From NCBI GenBank assembly GCA_965637545.1, contig OZ281497.1, positions 5,208,001 to 5,272,000 on the forward strand: a stretch of DNA of 64,000 bases, read 5' to 3'. The notes under the pieces are model-generated. The model saw only the letters and a program-made list of their open reading frames with translations, was not told where the DNA came from and searched no databases. Made by a program: the position numbers and the translations under genes. Source of the DNA: Phallusia mammillata (Eukaryota). Shown piece after piece: positions 15,037 to 31,180 of the stretch (within the stretch, counting starts at the first letter, position 1; every line of letters starts with the position of its first letter).

Positions 15037-18000
15037 GAATGTAAAAGCACCACACGACTGATTGCCATGATGCGGAACACGTGAATGAACAGGAAGGACA
15101 AGGCAGGATACAATGATCTATTTTGTCGTTATCACTGCATTGGCAGTAATGGGTGTTTGTTCGTTAAAGAGAAACTCAATAAATTAAACACTTGGCCAGA
15201 AGCCACAAAACCTAAACTGAAGTTGAATAATTTATAGTCTCCTAAATTAATTAGAAACAAAAAGTAAATAAAACGTTATACCGGGCTTTGAAAGATCAAC
15301 TAGAAGTTTGAAATATAAACAAGTTTCATTTTATGCCAAAAGTAAAGATTTTTTAATCAAAGACTGACGTTTTGGTCAAATCGATCAAAAAACTATAAAC
15401 ATGCGTCCATTGTAATTGATTTCATCGCAATTGGAAGCATTTACGTCATAGTTTGATATCAATTGTTATAATCCATATTTTTAATCGAATTCCCGGCCTA
15501 TGGCGTCATCGCGCTGGTTGTGTTACGTTTAGCATTTGCAACAATGCAATTCCGAGTTGGTTGCGGTCACCTGCCGATTTTCGTATGCCATCTGGGCTGC
15601 GGTTATAATTGCGTATTGACGCAATACCTGACAATTAGACCGGGGTTAACAGAACAAATTCAATGTGCTAGTATTTCTTGCATCAGCAAAAACTAAAGAA
15701 CGTATGTGCTTTCGTCATCAGGGAATTCTTCACGTTCGCTGCACAGGCAACTACGATTTTTGAATCAAAACAATAGCGTCTTGGTTTTAATTACATTATT
15801 TCTATGCGCAGGGAGCAAAAATGAAAAGGGCATCGTAAACACAATTTGGAAACGAAAAATACCAAGATTTTTAAGAGATAGTGTTCGAGATAGTGTCACG
15901 ATAAAGTTTCCCATTATACTGTAATTTAGGTTTTTTTCATAAACTTTGAGTTGTCGAAAATCGAATAAGTTTTTTGTTTGGAAAAATACTTGTTTCAAAT
16001 ACAAGTCTTATAAAAAACAAAAAAAGGCGAGATGCTTAATTACTGTAAATCATTTCAAATGCTTACGTCGTTTTCAAGCTTACGTGACATGATACGGTTA
16101 TATCGACCAATGGCTAAATATGTGAAAAATCATTGAGAAAAACAAAGGTGATGGTTTACCAAAGTGTATTAAAAATATTTTAACAGGTAATAATGTGGGT
16201 GCTGTTATGTTTAATCGTGTTATACTACAGAAACCTCTTGAATCTACAAACATGGTCACTCAGTATAACAACCCACCCAAGTGTAGGCTACTTCAACCGA
16301 TGACAACTGCGTGCAACAATCGAACACAACAAACAGATAACAAAGACTTAACACGACGATTTCTCGTCTCTTAGCAAGTCAAAACACCTGGTAAGCAACT
16401 TGAGGTGCTGAAAACGCGACCGAGGCGGCCCCAAAAACCTTGTTTGATCGGCAATCAGCATGCAGATCTGCGGGTCAAAAAGTCAACCTCTGTCCGCTTT
16501 CATTATGCGCGGTGTTAACAGGTGTAGAATGAAGCGATTGCAAGCGCGTGGTCGACTTGTTGACATATCTACACGTAACTGTAGCAAAAAGGGGCCAAAT
16601 GGTGCCGGGGTCGGTAATGGGGGTATCGCGACAAAGGATTTTGCCTAAACGATAAACGTAAATTGCTAAATAGGGTAAAATGTTTTGATTTATTGTATTG
16701 GACAGTATTGAACGAAAGTTGATTGATTTGCAAAATACTTTTGGATACCTGACTATGCCCCAAATACAAGTTTGCCATTGATTTACAAAAAATGTTAAGA
16801 CTATCAAACAATATTACAAAATATTTGTACTCACCAATTCCAAATAGGTTAATTTTGACTTGTGCAAAATCTAGTTTTATTCAGAAAATTGGTATCACAA
16901 ACAAATCTTCCAAGTTACTGTTATAATGACGACAATAGTATTTTATTGTGTGTAAGTGAGTTGGTGCTTTTGTAGTAGGTAAAATAAACCACAATAGTAA
17001 ACATATGAGGTTAAATAAAATACTGAACGATGTTGAAACCAAACATAAATGTATAGACAGTGGTATTTTTAAAAATCATTTCGAAGAAACAACGACGATG
17101 ATGTTTAGGATCTATCAACAAAAGGACCAATCTTAACAATTACAAGGACAGTATGGCAATTCTGTCGATATGTATACAACACCCAGAATCCAAGTTTAAC
17201 TTAGTGGAGTTTCAATATATTAGCGATCTTGCCAATTACCAGTCAATAAAAAGAGTCACAAGAGCACAAACATACCTAAAACGAAGCCCTTGCGGTCGAT
17301 TATGCACAACAGATGATTCACATGATTGTTCGTTGAACTGTGCACGCTTTCCCAAGTTTGCGGGTTTGCGGCCTAAGACACAACAATGCTTATATGCGCT
17401 ACAGTAGCGGTCCGCGTGCCACCACCAGAGCAGTCGCGCCGCATAACAACGGAAACATTTGGGAAACTTGAACTTGAAACGAACCCTTGACAATGACCTG
17501 CGAATGTCAATTCCGCTGCCTAACCCGTTCAGTGGCTAGAAATGCGCACTGAAACCGCCGAGCGATTGCCTTTTGCGCGGCATGACCTTATCCGCACCGA
17601 ACAACCAGCGAGAATCAGGGCTCTTGAGACCATGCTGGATGTTCCTCGGTTTGGTATGAGTGAAATTCATTGTTGCCATTGAGTGCGCCATTAATGTGGC
17701 CAATGGTGATATGCGATTGGCTTCAACGAGACAAATTGTGACGCATTCGATGTGGCGAGCTGACGTATTTCTGTGCTGTTGTCGTTTTTAGTGTCTATTT
17801 TCACAATACAGATCGCTTATCGGTGTGAAAGTCAGTGTAAAAAGGGTATTTTAAGCAATAAAAACATATTATGTAGGCAACTTCCATTCTTTTTTGGGCA
17901 ATTAAACAGTGTGATTTTTGTACAAGTTTATTTTAGTTACCAAATACATTGTGACTTTTGACGTCAAACAAGTCCGAATTTTGGTGGTGGTTATTTATAA

Positions 18001-21000
18001 AATTACAAGTGATTTTCGACTTCATTTTAAAGTAAAGTTTGACATAAAGTTTATTAAATCGCTTGTTTTTAGTTAACGAATCTGTCTGCTTTCTGATTAC
18101 TATTTAAATCAACCGCCATTATGCAACGAAGTATTGGCACGCGAAGCCATTACAATTTTGACACAGCAAGTAAATTCCTTAAATACGAACTGTGTTACCT
18201 TGGTTCAAACACATTGCCTTTTGTGACAGAAGCTTGTAATCAGAACAAAACACAAACAAACATTACCCAAATGAATCCTGTCACAGTGTCAATGATAGGT
18301 GTTGTCATACTCTATGTTAGAAAAAATATTTAAACATTTAAACCGGATTTAAAGTTATTGTAAACAACCTTGGGTACCAATAAGCCGTACTCAAATAAAA
18401 GTCCACAAAATCATTACACTTCAGTGTTACATAGGATTATTCCACGTTTGTGTGTAAAGATCTGCTAAACGAAACTCGCGTCAGACAAAATCTGATACCG
18501 GTATTTACTTTGCCACTATGACTGACAATGAGCAGTCAATTGTTTCCGTTTTGACGTTGCGCAATAAAAAAACAAGATAATTACGAGCAAATACGGACGC
18601 CTATTGTTTTCGTTGTGAAATGAACTTTCGGACAAAAATTTGACTACAGCGATTAGATAAGAGCACGTCGTTGTCTATTATGTAATCAAGCGTTATAAAA
18701 ACATGGATTTAGAGATTTGCAGTGAGGATGCGAAAGTTACAAATATGGTGTTCGCTGAATAGTTTGATGCACATATTTTTATATTCCACTCATAAAAATA
18801 ACAGTAACATTCAACAACATATACTTTGCATGCCTATTGTTTCAAATCAAATATCATATTCAATAGTAAGTCTACATATACATGTAAAATCATATAAACC
18901 AACTTTCATAATCAATTACTAAAAATTTGAAAAATTTTAAGCATTAAGTAGCCTTTACATGACAGTCAACTTTACCAGGTAGCTAAAAATGGGTGAAAAT
19001 TTGTCAAACACTTTAATGGACGTTTAATAGACATCAAATTTCAAAATTTGGCGAGATTTTGACGTGAATGACCCCAAGTGACGCTTGTTCGAGAACTTTT
19101 AAATTATTCACAGCACATTTGATGAGAAATGCAGTCTGAAATATATTTAGTGATCCACTGCCATTTAAAATATAATTGCTCGCCTCCTATTTTGAACTGA
19201 AGCGAATTAAGCTACGATTAAGTGGAAGTTCAAAATATATTTTCTGTTTTATGAATAATACCCGATTCAGCATCAGGTACTGCTATGCCGGTGAACGTGT
19301 ACAGCTATGAAAAGTTATTTTCTGAAAATGAAGATTAATTATTTTTGCGCATATAATTGAAAAAAATAATTTTATTCGATCATTTTTAGAAAAAGATCCC
19401 TCATTCTTAAAAAACAAATCATTCAAATTAGATTTTTCCTGTAGTATGCTGATGTAACAAAGTCAATTTTTGACTTCAAATTTTGTTACACAACCATCAA
19501 TAATGTTTTGCCACACGACTGCAATAGAGGGATGACAGGTGAAGCTTACAATAAACAGTGGGAACATGGTAAACTCTTGCAGAAACGCAAAACCAGCGAT
19601 CCGGAACAGGGGGCGCAACAAACCGAGGAATCTTATTATTATTTCATGTAATTTTTCAGTTTCCCTGGCGTAAATGCGATGAATAATTAAGCGTTAATTC
19701 AATCGAGTCTACAGTATCTGATCAAGGGAGAGCCGAAGAGACCCGAGGCAGACACATTGTGTAAGTGTTTGCCCCACTGTCACGGATTAATTGATTCTCT
19801 TTCCGTGTAATGTTGAGCCCGAGAGCAACACAGAATAGCATTTTGGACATACGCGTTTTGATACTTGCGTTTAAAGCGTGAAAACTGAATGTATAAATTA
19901 TGCATCAGATATCAATGTTAACTGTGAAGATAATGCTTCTGGAAGATAATTAAAAACATCACGCGAAAGGAACCACGCCTTACAGACGTAGTGCACAACA
20001 ACCTTTACGGCCATGCAGTACATTAACTGAATGCCCTGTGATAAACCTATGAGATTTTACCCAAAACAAGCGGGAACCTGTAAATAATCACTTTATAAAT
20101 GGTAATTTACCATATTGCAGGGGTAATTACTATATCACTTTTTTAGTTCCGTGGGGTCATAGCCGATAAGTTAGATTTTTGCAAAGAGGGGAAGAAAAGT
20201 TTCTCTAAAAAAATGTTTTTTTAAAGTCCCCGAATAAAAAAGAATTTATTTTCAATCTTCAAACTTCATAATGGGAGATAAGGTGTATATTTTCATGTTT
20301 TTGGCCCCTGAATTGACACATTTTTACTACACAAGAAAAACTACTTTAGCACGTCGCAAAGCAAGGAAATTTCTTCAAAAGATTTTACAATTTCTCGTTC
20401 CAAAATAGGTTTCAAAAGCGAATAGCATACTTTGTTATTGTGTGCAACTATTTAAACCACAGAGGAAGTAATTTTAATGCGGCCAATCAGTGGCCTGAAT
20501 CATTGTAACATTGGGTTTTGTTGCTCCTAGCCAAACAAGGTTGTATTCAAAACAGTTGCGCCTGAGCCAAATCCATAAAGAGAACGTAACCAATGCTGTA
20601 ATGTCAGGAAACTAATCGGAAACAACGCCCACGCCTTTTTTTCTTGAGTGCAACATTATTTTATAATTTTAAAAGCACGTAAAATCATGCAACTACCTGG
20701 TGTATGAAGACCAATGAACCTTACATCCTTTGTTTCAAGTTCAAATACACATTCAAATTATACTGATACTGGTGATACTGTAAATGTATTTCAAAAGCAA
20801 AAAATACTTTAATCTAGAGCACGAATGTTTTTCATACAATTAAATCGTTGTCGCATTATTTACCAATTTTTCTCTCCCCTTTTAACTAAAACCACGCCTA
20901 TAAGGAATTTATTTTAAAAAATTACGTTTTGGCTTTTTTGTTTGAAAAAGCATGAATATACCGTGTAAGCCTAATATTGATATGAATTATTGTCGATATT

Positions 21001-21199
21001 GTTGAATAATAAAGTATATCAATTTTAACCGCTTATGTAAACCCAGAAAACTACATGTATTGCCAAAAAAAATTAAAAATATGAATTTATTTGGATATAT
21101 TCTATTAAAAACTGGAATACTAGATTGTAGGTATGTTTAACAAAAGATTTTAAAAAAATGTTTCTGTGATTAATCGTGGCTCTATTATCTGTGTAAAGT

Positions 21200-25582
<4,383 letters not shown>

Positions 25583-26860
25583 AGACTCGGGTTTTTCACA
25601 TAAAAAGCCATCGTAGTACTGCTGCCTGTAGCATACACTTCGGAGCAGTCGGCGAAACGCACATTTGCCTGTATATTTTTCTACGCACACCTAAATAGAA
25701 ACCTTATATTATGCGAATCACAGGGCTGCCTGGTCCGCTCCTATGTCGCTTTATGTATTTTTTGCAGTGACCACTTTGCATTTTGTTTTGTTTATTTGCT
25801 CGCTACCTTGATGTTGGCCATCATATCATTCATACTACTTATTGTTTACGTGCGTGTGTTCGCGCACATCTTCATTGCGACGCTGTGTTTCTATTTGCTC
25901 TCTGTGATAATAAAACATGCGACCGTACACCTTTGTGTTAGACAATGTAACAACATAGGACTTAGCAAAATACAAAGGGTTACTCACGAAAAAATCGGCT
26001 CAGCCCTCTTAACCGGGTTTAGGTCGGTTCTAAAGTAGGAATTGTGAGTATTAGGAAAAACTTCAAGTGGACTGTAAAACACAATGGAAATCGGAGGAAG
26101 CCTTAATTAGTTTCATGACTGAAAAAATATACAAGTCAATCCCACAAGATACAATTATGTTGGGTCCCATATAAAGGCTCACATAGTCTGATATTAAATC
26201 ATATTGATGTAATTGAATTTGCACCAAGTAAAAAAAAAACCAGGAAAAAAACAAGCCACAAAAAATACAGGTCCCAACACATTTCAAACGCAGTTGCTTC
26301 ACAAATCTCTTTAAGTTTTTTTTATCGAGACATTAAACAAGGCTATACCCTACTTCGGCGCCAGTGCTAAAATAAACTCTTGCTTGAGGCCAATAAAAAA
26401 ACAATGTTTCACCAGCGTCACAACATCAACAGAATAACCGATAGAATTCATAGAAACCCCTTGTATCGATTTCCACGAAAACATGACTCTGGGGCTACTA
26501 TGGAACCCTGTGTTCCACGCCAATGCGATATCATCTAAACCGGCAGCTCAAACGCCAAAAGAAAACATTTGTAGAGAAAACACTGTGATCAGGGCAGCCT
26601 TGCAGATTGCGCGAATTTCCAGAAGCTTCCACAAAACTCGGGCCGGTGGAGACTTGATAGCGCAGATTAAAGAGCAACATTGCTTGTTAGGTCAGAGACA
26701 AACACGCGCCAGGTCGCCGTTTGACATTCAATTGCACTTCGCATAGAAAGTTTGAATCATTCAACACGTATTACTTGACACAAATATTTGGATGCAAAAT
26801 TGTGCTCTTTTATGATGTTTTTATTTAATTAAAACTTTAATAATTTTTTTTTGTATAGCC

Positions 26861-27101
26861 CAGTGGTTCCCAAACTGCGTGGGATGATTTTTTAAACTTC
26901 AGAGAAGGAAATTACTTTAACGTATTTTACATGTGTTTTATAAATATACATCTTATATCTGGGAATATAACCTGTGAAGTTAATAAAAAGCCCCATTTTA
27001 AATAATCTTTGTATGGTTTAGCATTTTCATGCTATGTAGTCTATTGGAGAGGAATCAAATGGTTACGTGAAGAATTCGTTGGTAAGTGTTAGTAACCACT
27101 G
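26861..27101. mobile_element. Degenerate hAT MITE (~240 bp)
   Basis: Left TIR CAGTGGTTCCCAAACT, decayed right end TTAGTAACCACTG; near-duplicate flanks GTATAGCC / (TG)GTATAGAC. Confidence 0.5.
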
Positions 27102-28694
27102 TGGTATAGACAGTTTTAATCACTTTAAACTTCAGATTTCAGTGATATAGTTTTAGTTTTTTGTCAAGTCAATTTTTTTAAACAAAATATTGGATACAAC
27201 ATATTAACACGAGTTCTAAATATTCTTTTGAACAAAACGAAATCATTTTACTGACACAGTGGGTTTCATTTTTTTGATCAAGCACAAATTTCATCGTATT
27301 TTGAAGTGCTCAAAAAGCAACGAGTACTTTTACGTCAATAAACACTCAATACTCAATTAAGCAAATAGCGCGGTATCTGTCTTCATGGAATCGCAGTGTT
27401 TGGATTGTCTGTTTCTAGCTACGGTTAGCGCAGAAATTCGGAGAAAAACTACCCAGCAAACCAAACTTAACCGAACATGAGGCGTGTATCGAGAAACGTA
27501 ATTCGGTAAAAAATTAGCACCAAAATGGCTTTAAAAAGTAAAAACAAAAAGCGGTATGATTTAATTATTAATTACTTTAAGGGTCAATTCAGTTTTTCTA
27601 AATTTTCTGTCAAAAAAAACAAAACATTACAAAATGTCATTCAAATAATTTTAACCTCACTGACACGGCATTACAGAAACAAATACATATTTTTTGAACA
27701 TATTCGTCATGTATTAAATTTTAGTTCCCGCATAACAAATAGTTATTTCGTAACAGCATTAGCCTGCAATTAGTTACACCCAATTTCGTATTTGATACGT
27801 AGAGTAATGCAAGCATGACGTCTTAGCCAGATCATCTTATCAAAAATCACGTAAGAGTGTGGAAAAGCGACCTCAACGTCCGACATGCTTTTCCAGATAC
27901 ATGCTAAAATATCACACAAGAGGTATGTAGTCCAAAGTGCATCTGCTATATAAACTACAAGAGGTGGCAGCCAAGTGACACATCTCAGTTTCATCTTGCC
28001 GTTTAATTGATCTCTGTCAGGGATCGCTGCTTTATGTCGATTCGATGAAAAAAGAAATTGGCAAAACGTGTTATCCGTAAATTGTGCAGGCGATAGCGGT
28101 TGTCACCACTACAGTCGCAAATGTGTTACATTAGCTGCGAATTGCGTCTAGCTGCGTCATTACGCCGATACAAATCGGGAAGATGTAAGGCGTGCCGACG
28201 TAGTCACCAACCACAGGTTAACCCCAAGGGCAGTATGAGGCTTTAAAACTGTTATCATTTTTTATGTCGCCATTGCAGCATTCAAATATCCATATCCAGG
28301 TCACGATCCTCGAACCTTCTGACACGAGGCAAAGATAATGAAGTGTGCAATCGATAAGGTATTGCTGAAAGTGTATTGCTTTTAGAGTGGTGTTTGATCC
28401 GCATGCATCAAAAATTTAACTTGGTCTTTTGGTCAAAGGTATTAATTTTTGAAAGACCAGGATAAAAAAACAAAATGGTGTTAATGTGTTTTTATCTGAT
28501 TGTTTTTCGTATTGACCCTTTGCGATACTTTCATCAAACCTAAACTTGGTGGAAATAAGAACAAAATGTCATTTTGGCACTCTAATTCTACTTTTGTCTT
28601 GAAAATTTCGCCAGGTTGTTACCACGGATAAAATACAAGTATTAATAATTATTAATTGTAATTAGGGTTTTCGTCGCGTTGCAAAGTGCTTGCG

Positions 28695-28817
28695 GTTAAT
28701 TCTTTTTCGTTTGTTTATCGTGCACTGTACCACGCGCATTCAGTGTAATTTACACTGATAAAGGCGGCCTGCACAGGACGTCGAAAATTTGGTACAAAAA
28801 TACAATTGCCAGAAGCT
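28695..28817 (+). mobile_element. Remnant of a hammerhead-bearing (Penelope-like) element, copy 1
   Basis: CTGATAA-A-GGCGGCCT-GCAC-AGGACGTC-GAAA (28755-28786). Flanks GTTAATTCTTTT..CGTGCACT..CATTCAGTGT and AAAAATACAATTGCCAGAAG are shared with 31016-31180. Confidence 0.7.
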
Positions 28818-31015
28818 CGATATATTTAATAAACAACACTACCAGCGCAAATCAGGAAACTGAAGTAGAAAAACAGATTTTGAGCAAGGTGACACACCGC
28901 TTTAGCAAACTACTCGAAGTGACGAATCTACCTCATAGAATAGAGTAACAAAAGCGAAAGCAAGCGCGTCCGTGTGTTTATCTTCCCTTGTTCCCAAGCA
29001 GTGGCAATCACGCGTTGCAGCCAGATTCGGTGATGGATAGACAACGAGAATTGTGGCCTTAAGGCCCGGATGCCAATGCAAACAGCGAGCTATTGAAAGT
29101 AGGCAGTCTTGTGGCCATTAGGTTAGCTGTGTTACATCGCTGTCGCACATTCCGTCGCCGAATTAAATCAACTGAGCGACACGCTAATGCATCTCAATAG
29201 CAACTGGGATTCTTTAACTTTTTCCGCCGCCTGTTCTGTGATGATAATCAGCGGGCGTTTGCTTTGGAAATAGGAAGACAGACTACAACTGTGATCCAAT
29301 GGACATGTCAAGATTTTTCAAAGGCTGTTGATAAATTTTAGGCGGGAAATGTTTGGATCAAATAAAAACGCAAAATTGAACTATGTCAACTTCAAGATCA
29401 TGTCCCAAAACACGTTAACGTCCTTAAAAACGCATCTATCAAAGTGGTTGTTGGTTTGTGGGTTATTACAAACCGCAACCCAAAACAATAAAAAAACAGA
29501 TATGTATGTCATTTTATACTAACTGGCACAAAAAGTTGAAGATTACAAAAACATAATCCATAAAATACAGTCAAAAACATTAACATACGAAACAATTACG
29601 TCATATGCTTACGGCAGACGCCAGAAATCAATGTATACCTTGGGTAACGACAAACAGAAGGAGAGTTGCCCTCTCGAACCCTGAAACTTCCCCATTTTCC
29701 CCATCGCTGGGGCTTATGTTGTTATTGCAACGTTCTGCGCTAATGGAAACAAGAAGCCGCATGCGGGATAGTTCCAGGCTTAACGCGAAAGCCAATGACA
29801 GCACGTTGCCGGATGCCGGGATTTTGTGACGACGGGAGCCATCTTTAACGTTCAATTATCCGCGACCTCAGCCCCCTGATCTTTTCTACTCTTGGATATC
29901 CCTTGTATTGGAAAATTGTTTACGCTAAAATCGGAAGGAAGAAGTTTTGTGTGCATCGTTTGACTTTGAATATCAAATTTGCCGCTTGTTTTGGTTTCAT
30001 CTGTCGTTTATTGGATGTTGCGCTTTTGCATACCGGCTTACAATCGTACACATAAGCACACTGGTAACAACGTTTGATATTACGGTATTGGGAACATTCT
30101 ACGCCCAAATGTTGCCCTTGCTTTTTGGTTTTTTTAAATTGTTGGGATATAATAGAATGGTGATTCTTTTACAAGCTATTCACACAATGGTCGTTTAAAG
30201 TAATTTTTGTCTTAATTTTGTTTCAATTAAAGTATTAGGAAGTATAAAGAGATTTGGTCCTAGTATTAAGAAATGGAAAGAGCAAAATGATAGGACATTC
30301 CTTTCATCCCAGTTCGGCGACAGATACATTAATTGCCATCGATAACCCCTTGACGGTAAGTGGCGACGTAATCGCATTTGTACCAATAAACAACGCTTTA
30401 ACACGCACGTCTTGTACTCGGCGTATTTCGCAGCGCCAATACCTTCCCAGCTTTTTCAAAGCGTATCAACGGCAAAAAGATTGACCTTCTGCCAAAAAGC
30501 AAAATGAGCTTGTTTGTTTTGACGCTGTTTATCGCACCTTGTATAAGCCACAAGCACATACGACACGATGTAGTGATTATCGCCAAAATATCTTTACCTC
30601 TGAACCAACATCAAGCGTTTCTTTGCTGATTTTGTTGCCGTTAAGTTGAATTTCACCACGTTAGGCCGTGCAAAAGTTGGAACAAAAGCGATTGGTCAGT
30701 TTGATATGTTTATTTGGGTTCTACTTTTGTGCAATGAACGTAAATGCAATTTTGTGTATGGATGCGGACGATATAGTTATTGTAGCATGCTTGATGACCG
30801 ATTGTTGGTGTCAAAACAATGTACCAGTAGATTAAAAACAATCTTTCAAGTGGCGAAGTATAGCGAGTAAATGTATTATCTTGTATTTCATATTTTTTTG
30901 TAAAGTTTCAAGGTAAAATTCGTACGCAGATGTGCATGTAAACAGGCGAGTGATTGCATTTACGAACAACTCCAGTTTTCTAACGTGAAAAAGTTACCCA
31001 AAAAGTTAATTTAAA

Positions 31016-31180
31016 GTTAATTCTTTTTTTCCTTTATTTAACGTGCACTAAACTACGAGCATTCAGTGTTATTTACCCTGATGAAGGCAACCTCTACAAG
31101 AGGTCGAAGCGTTGGTATAAAAATACAATTGCCAGAAGAGCTCTATAAAGTTGGTATTATGCCTGACAGCATCAGCTTAT
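31016..31180 (+). mobile_element. Remnant of a hammerhead-bearing (Penelope-like) element, copy 2; minimal type-I hammerhead motif at ~31066-31125
   Basis: TTTACC-CTGATGA-A-GGCAACCTCT-ACA-AGAGGTC-GAAG-C-GTT-GGTA. Intact CUGAUGA core, stem II, stem I (TACC/GGTA and GTGTT/AATAC). The downstream ATTATGCCTGACAGCATCAGCTTAT is homologous to 57825-57850. Confidence 0.75.

Noticed and set aside
15035-15045. TGGAATGTAAA, matching the 5' half of miR-1
   Set aside because: Only 11 nt match, it overlaps a MITE end, and no precursor hairpin is visible.
15710-15722. Minus-strand CCTGATGACGAAA hammerhead-like core
   Set aside because: No stem II between the core halves and no family flanks.
28285-28335. 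tRNA-SINE-like stretch on the minus strand (GCCTCGTGTCAGAAGGTTCGAGGATCG)
   Set aside because: Only a B-box-like fragment; no A box, cloverleaf or second copy.
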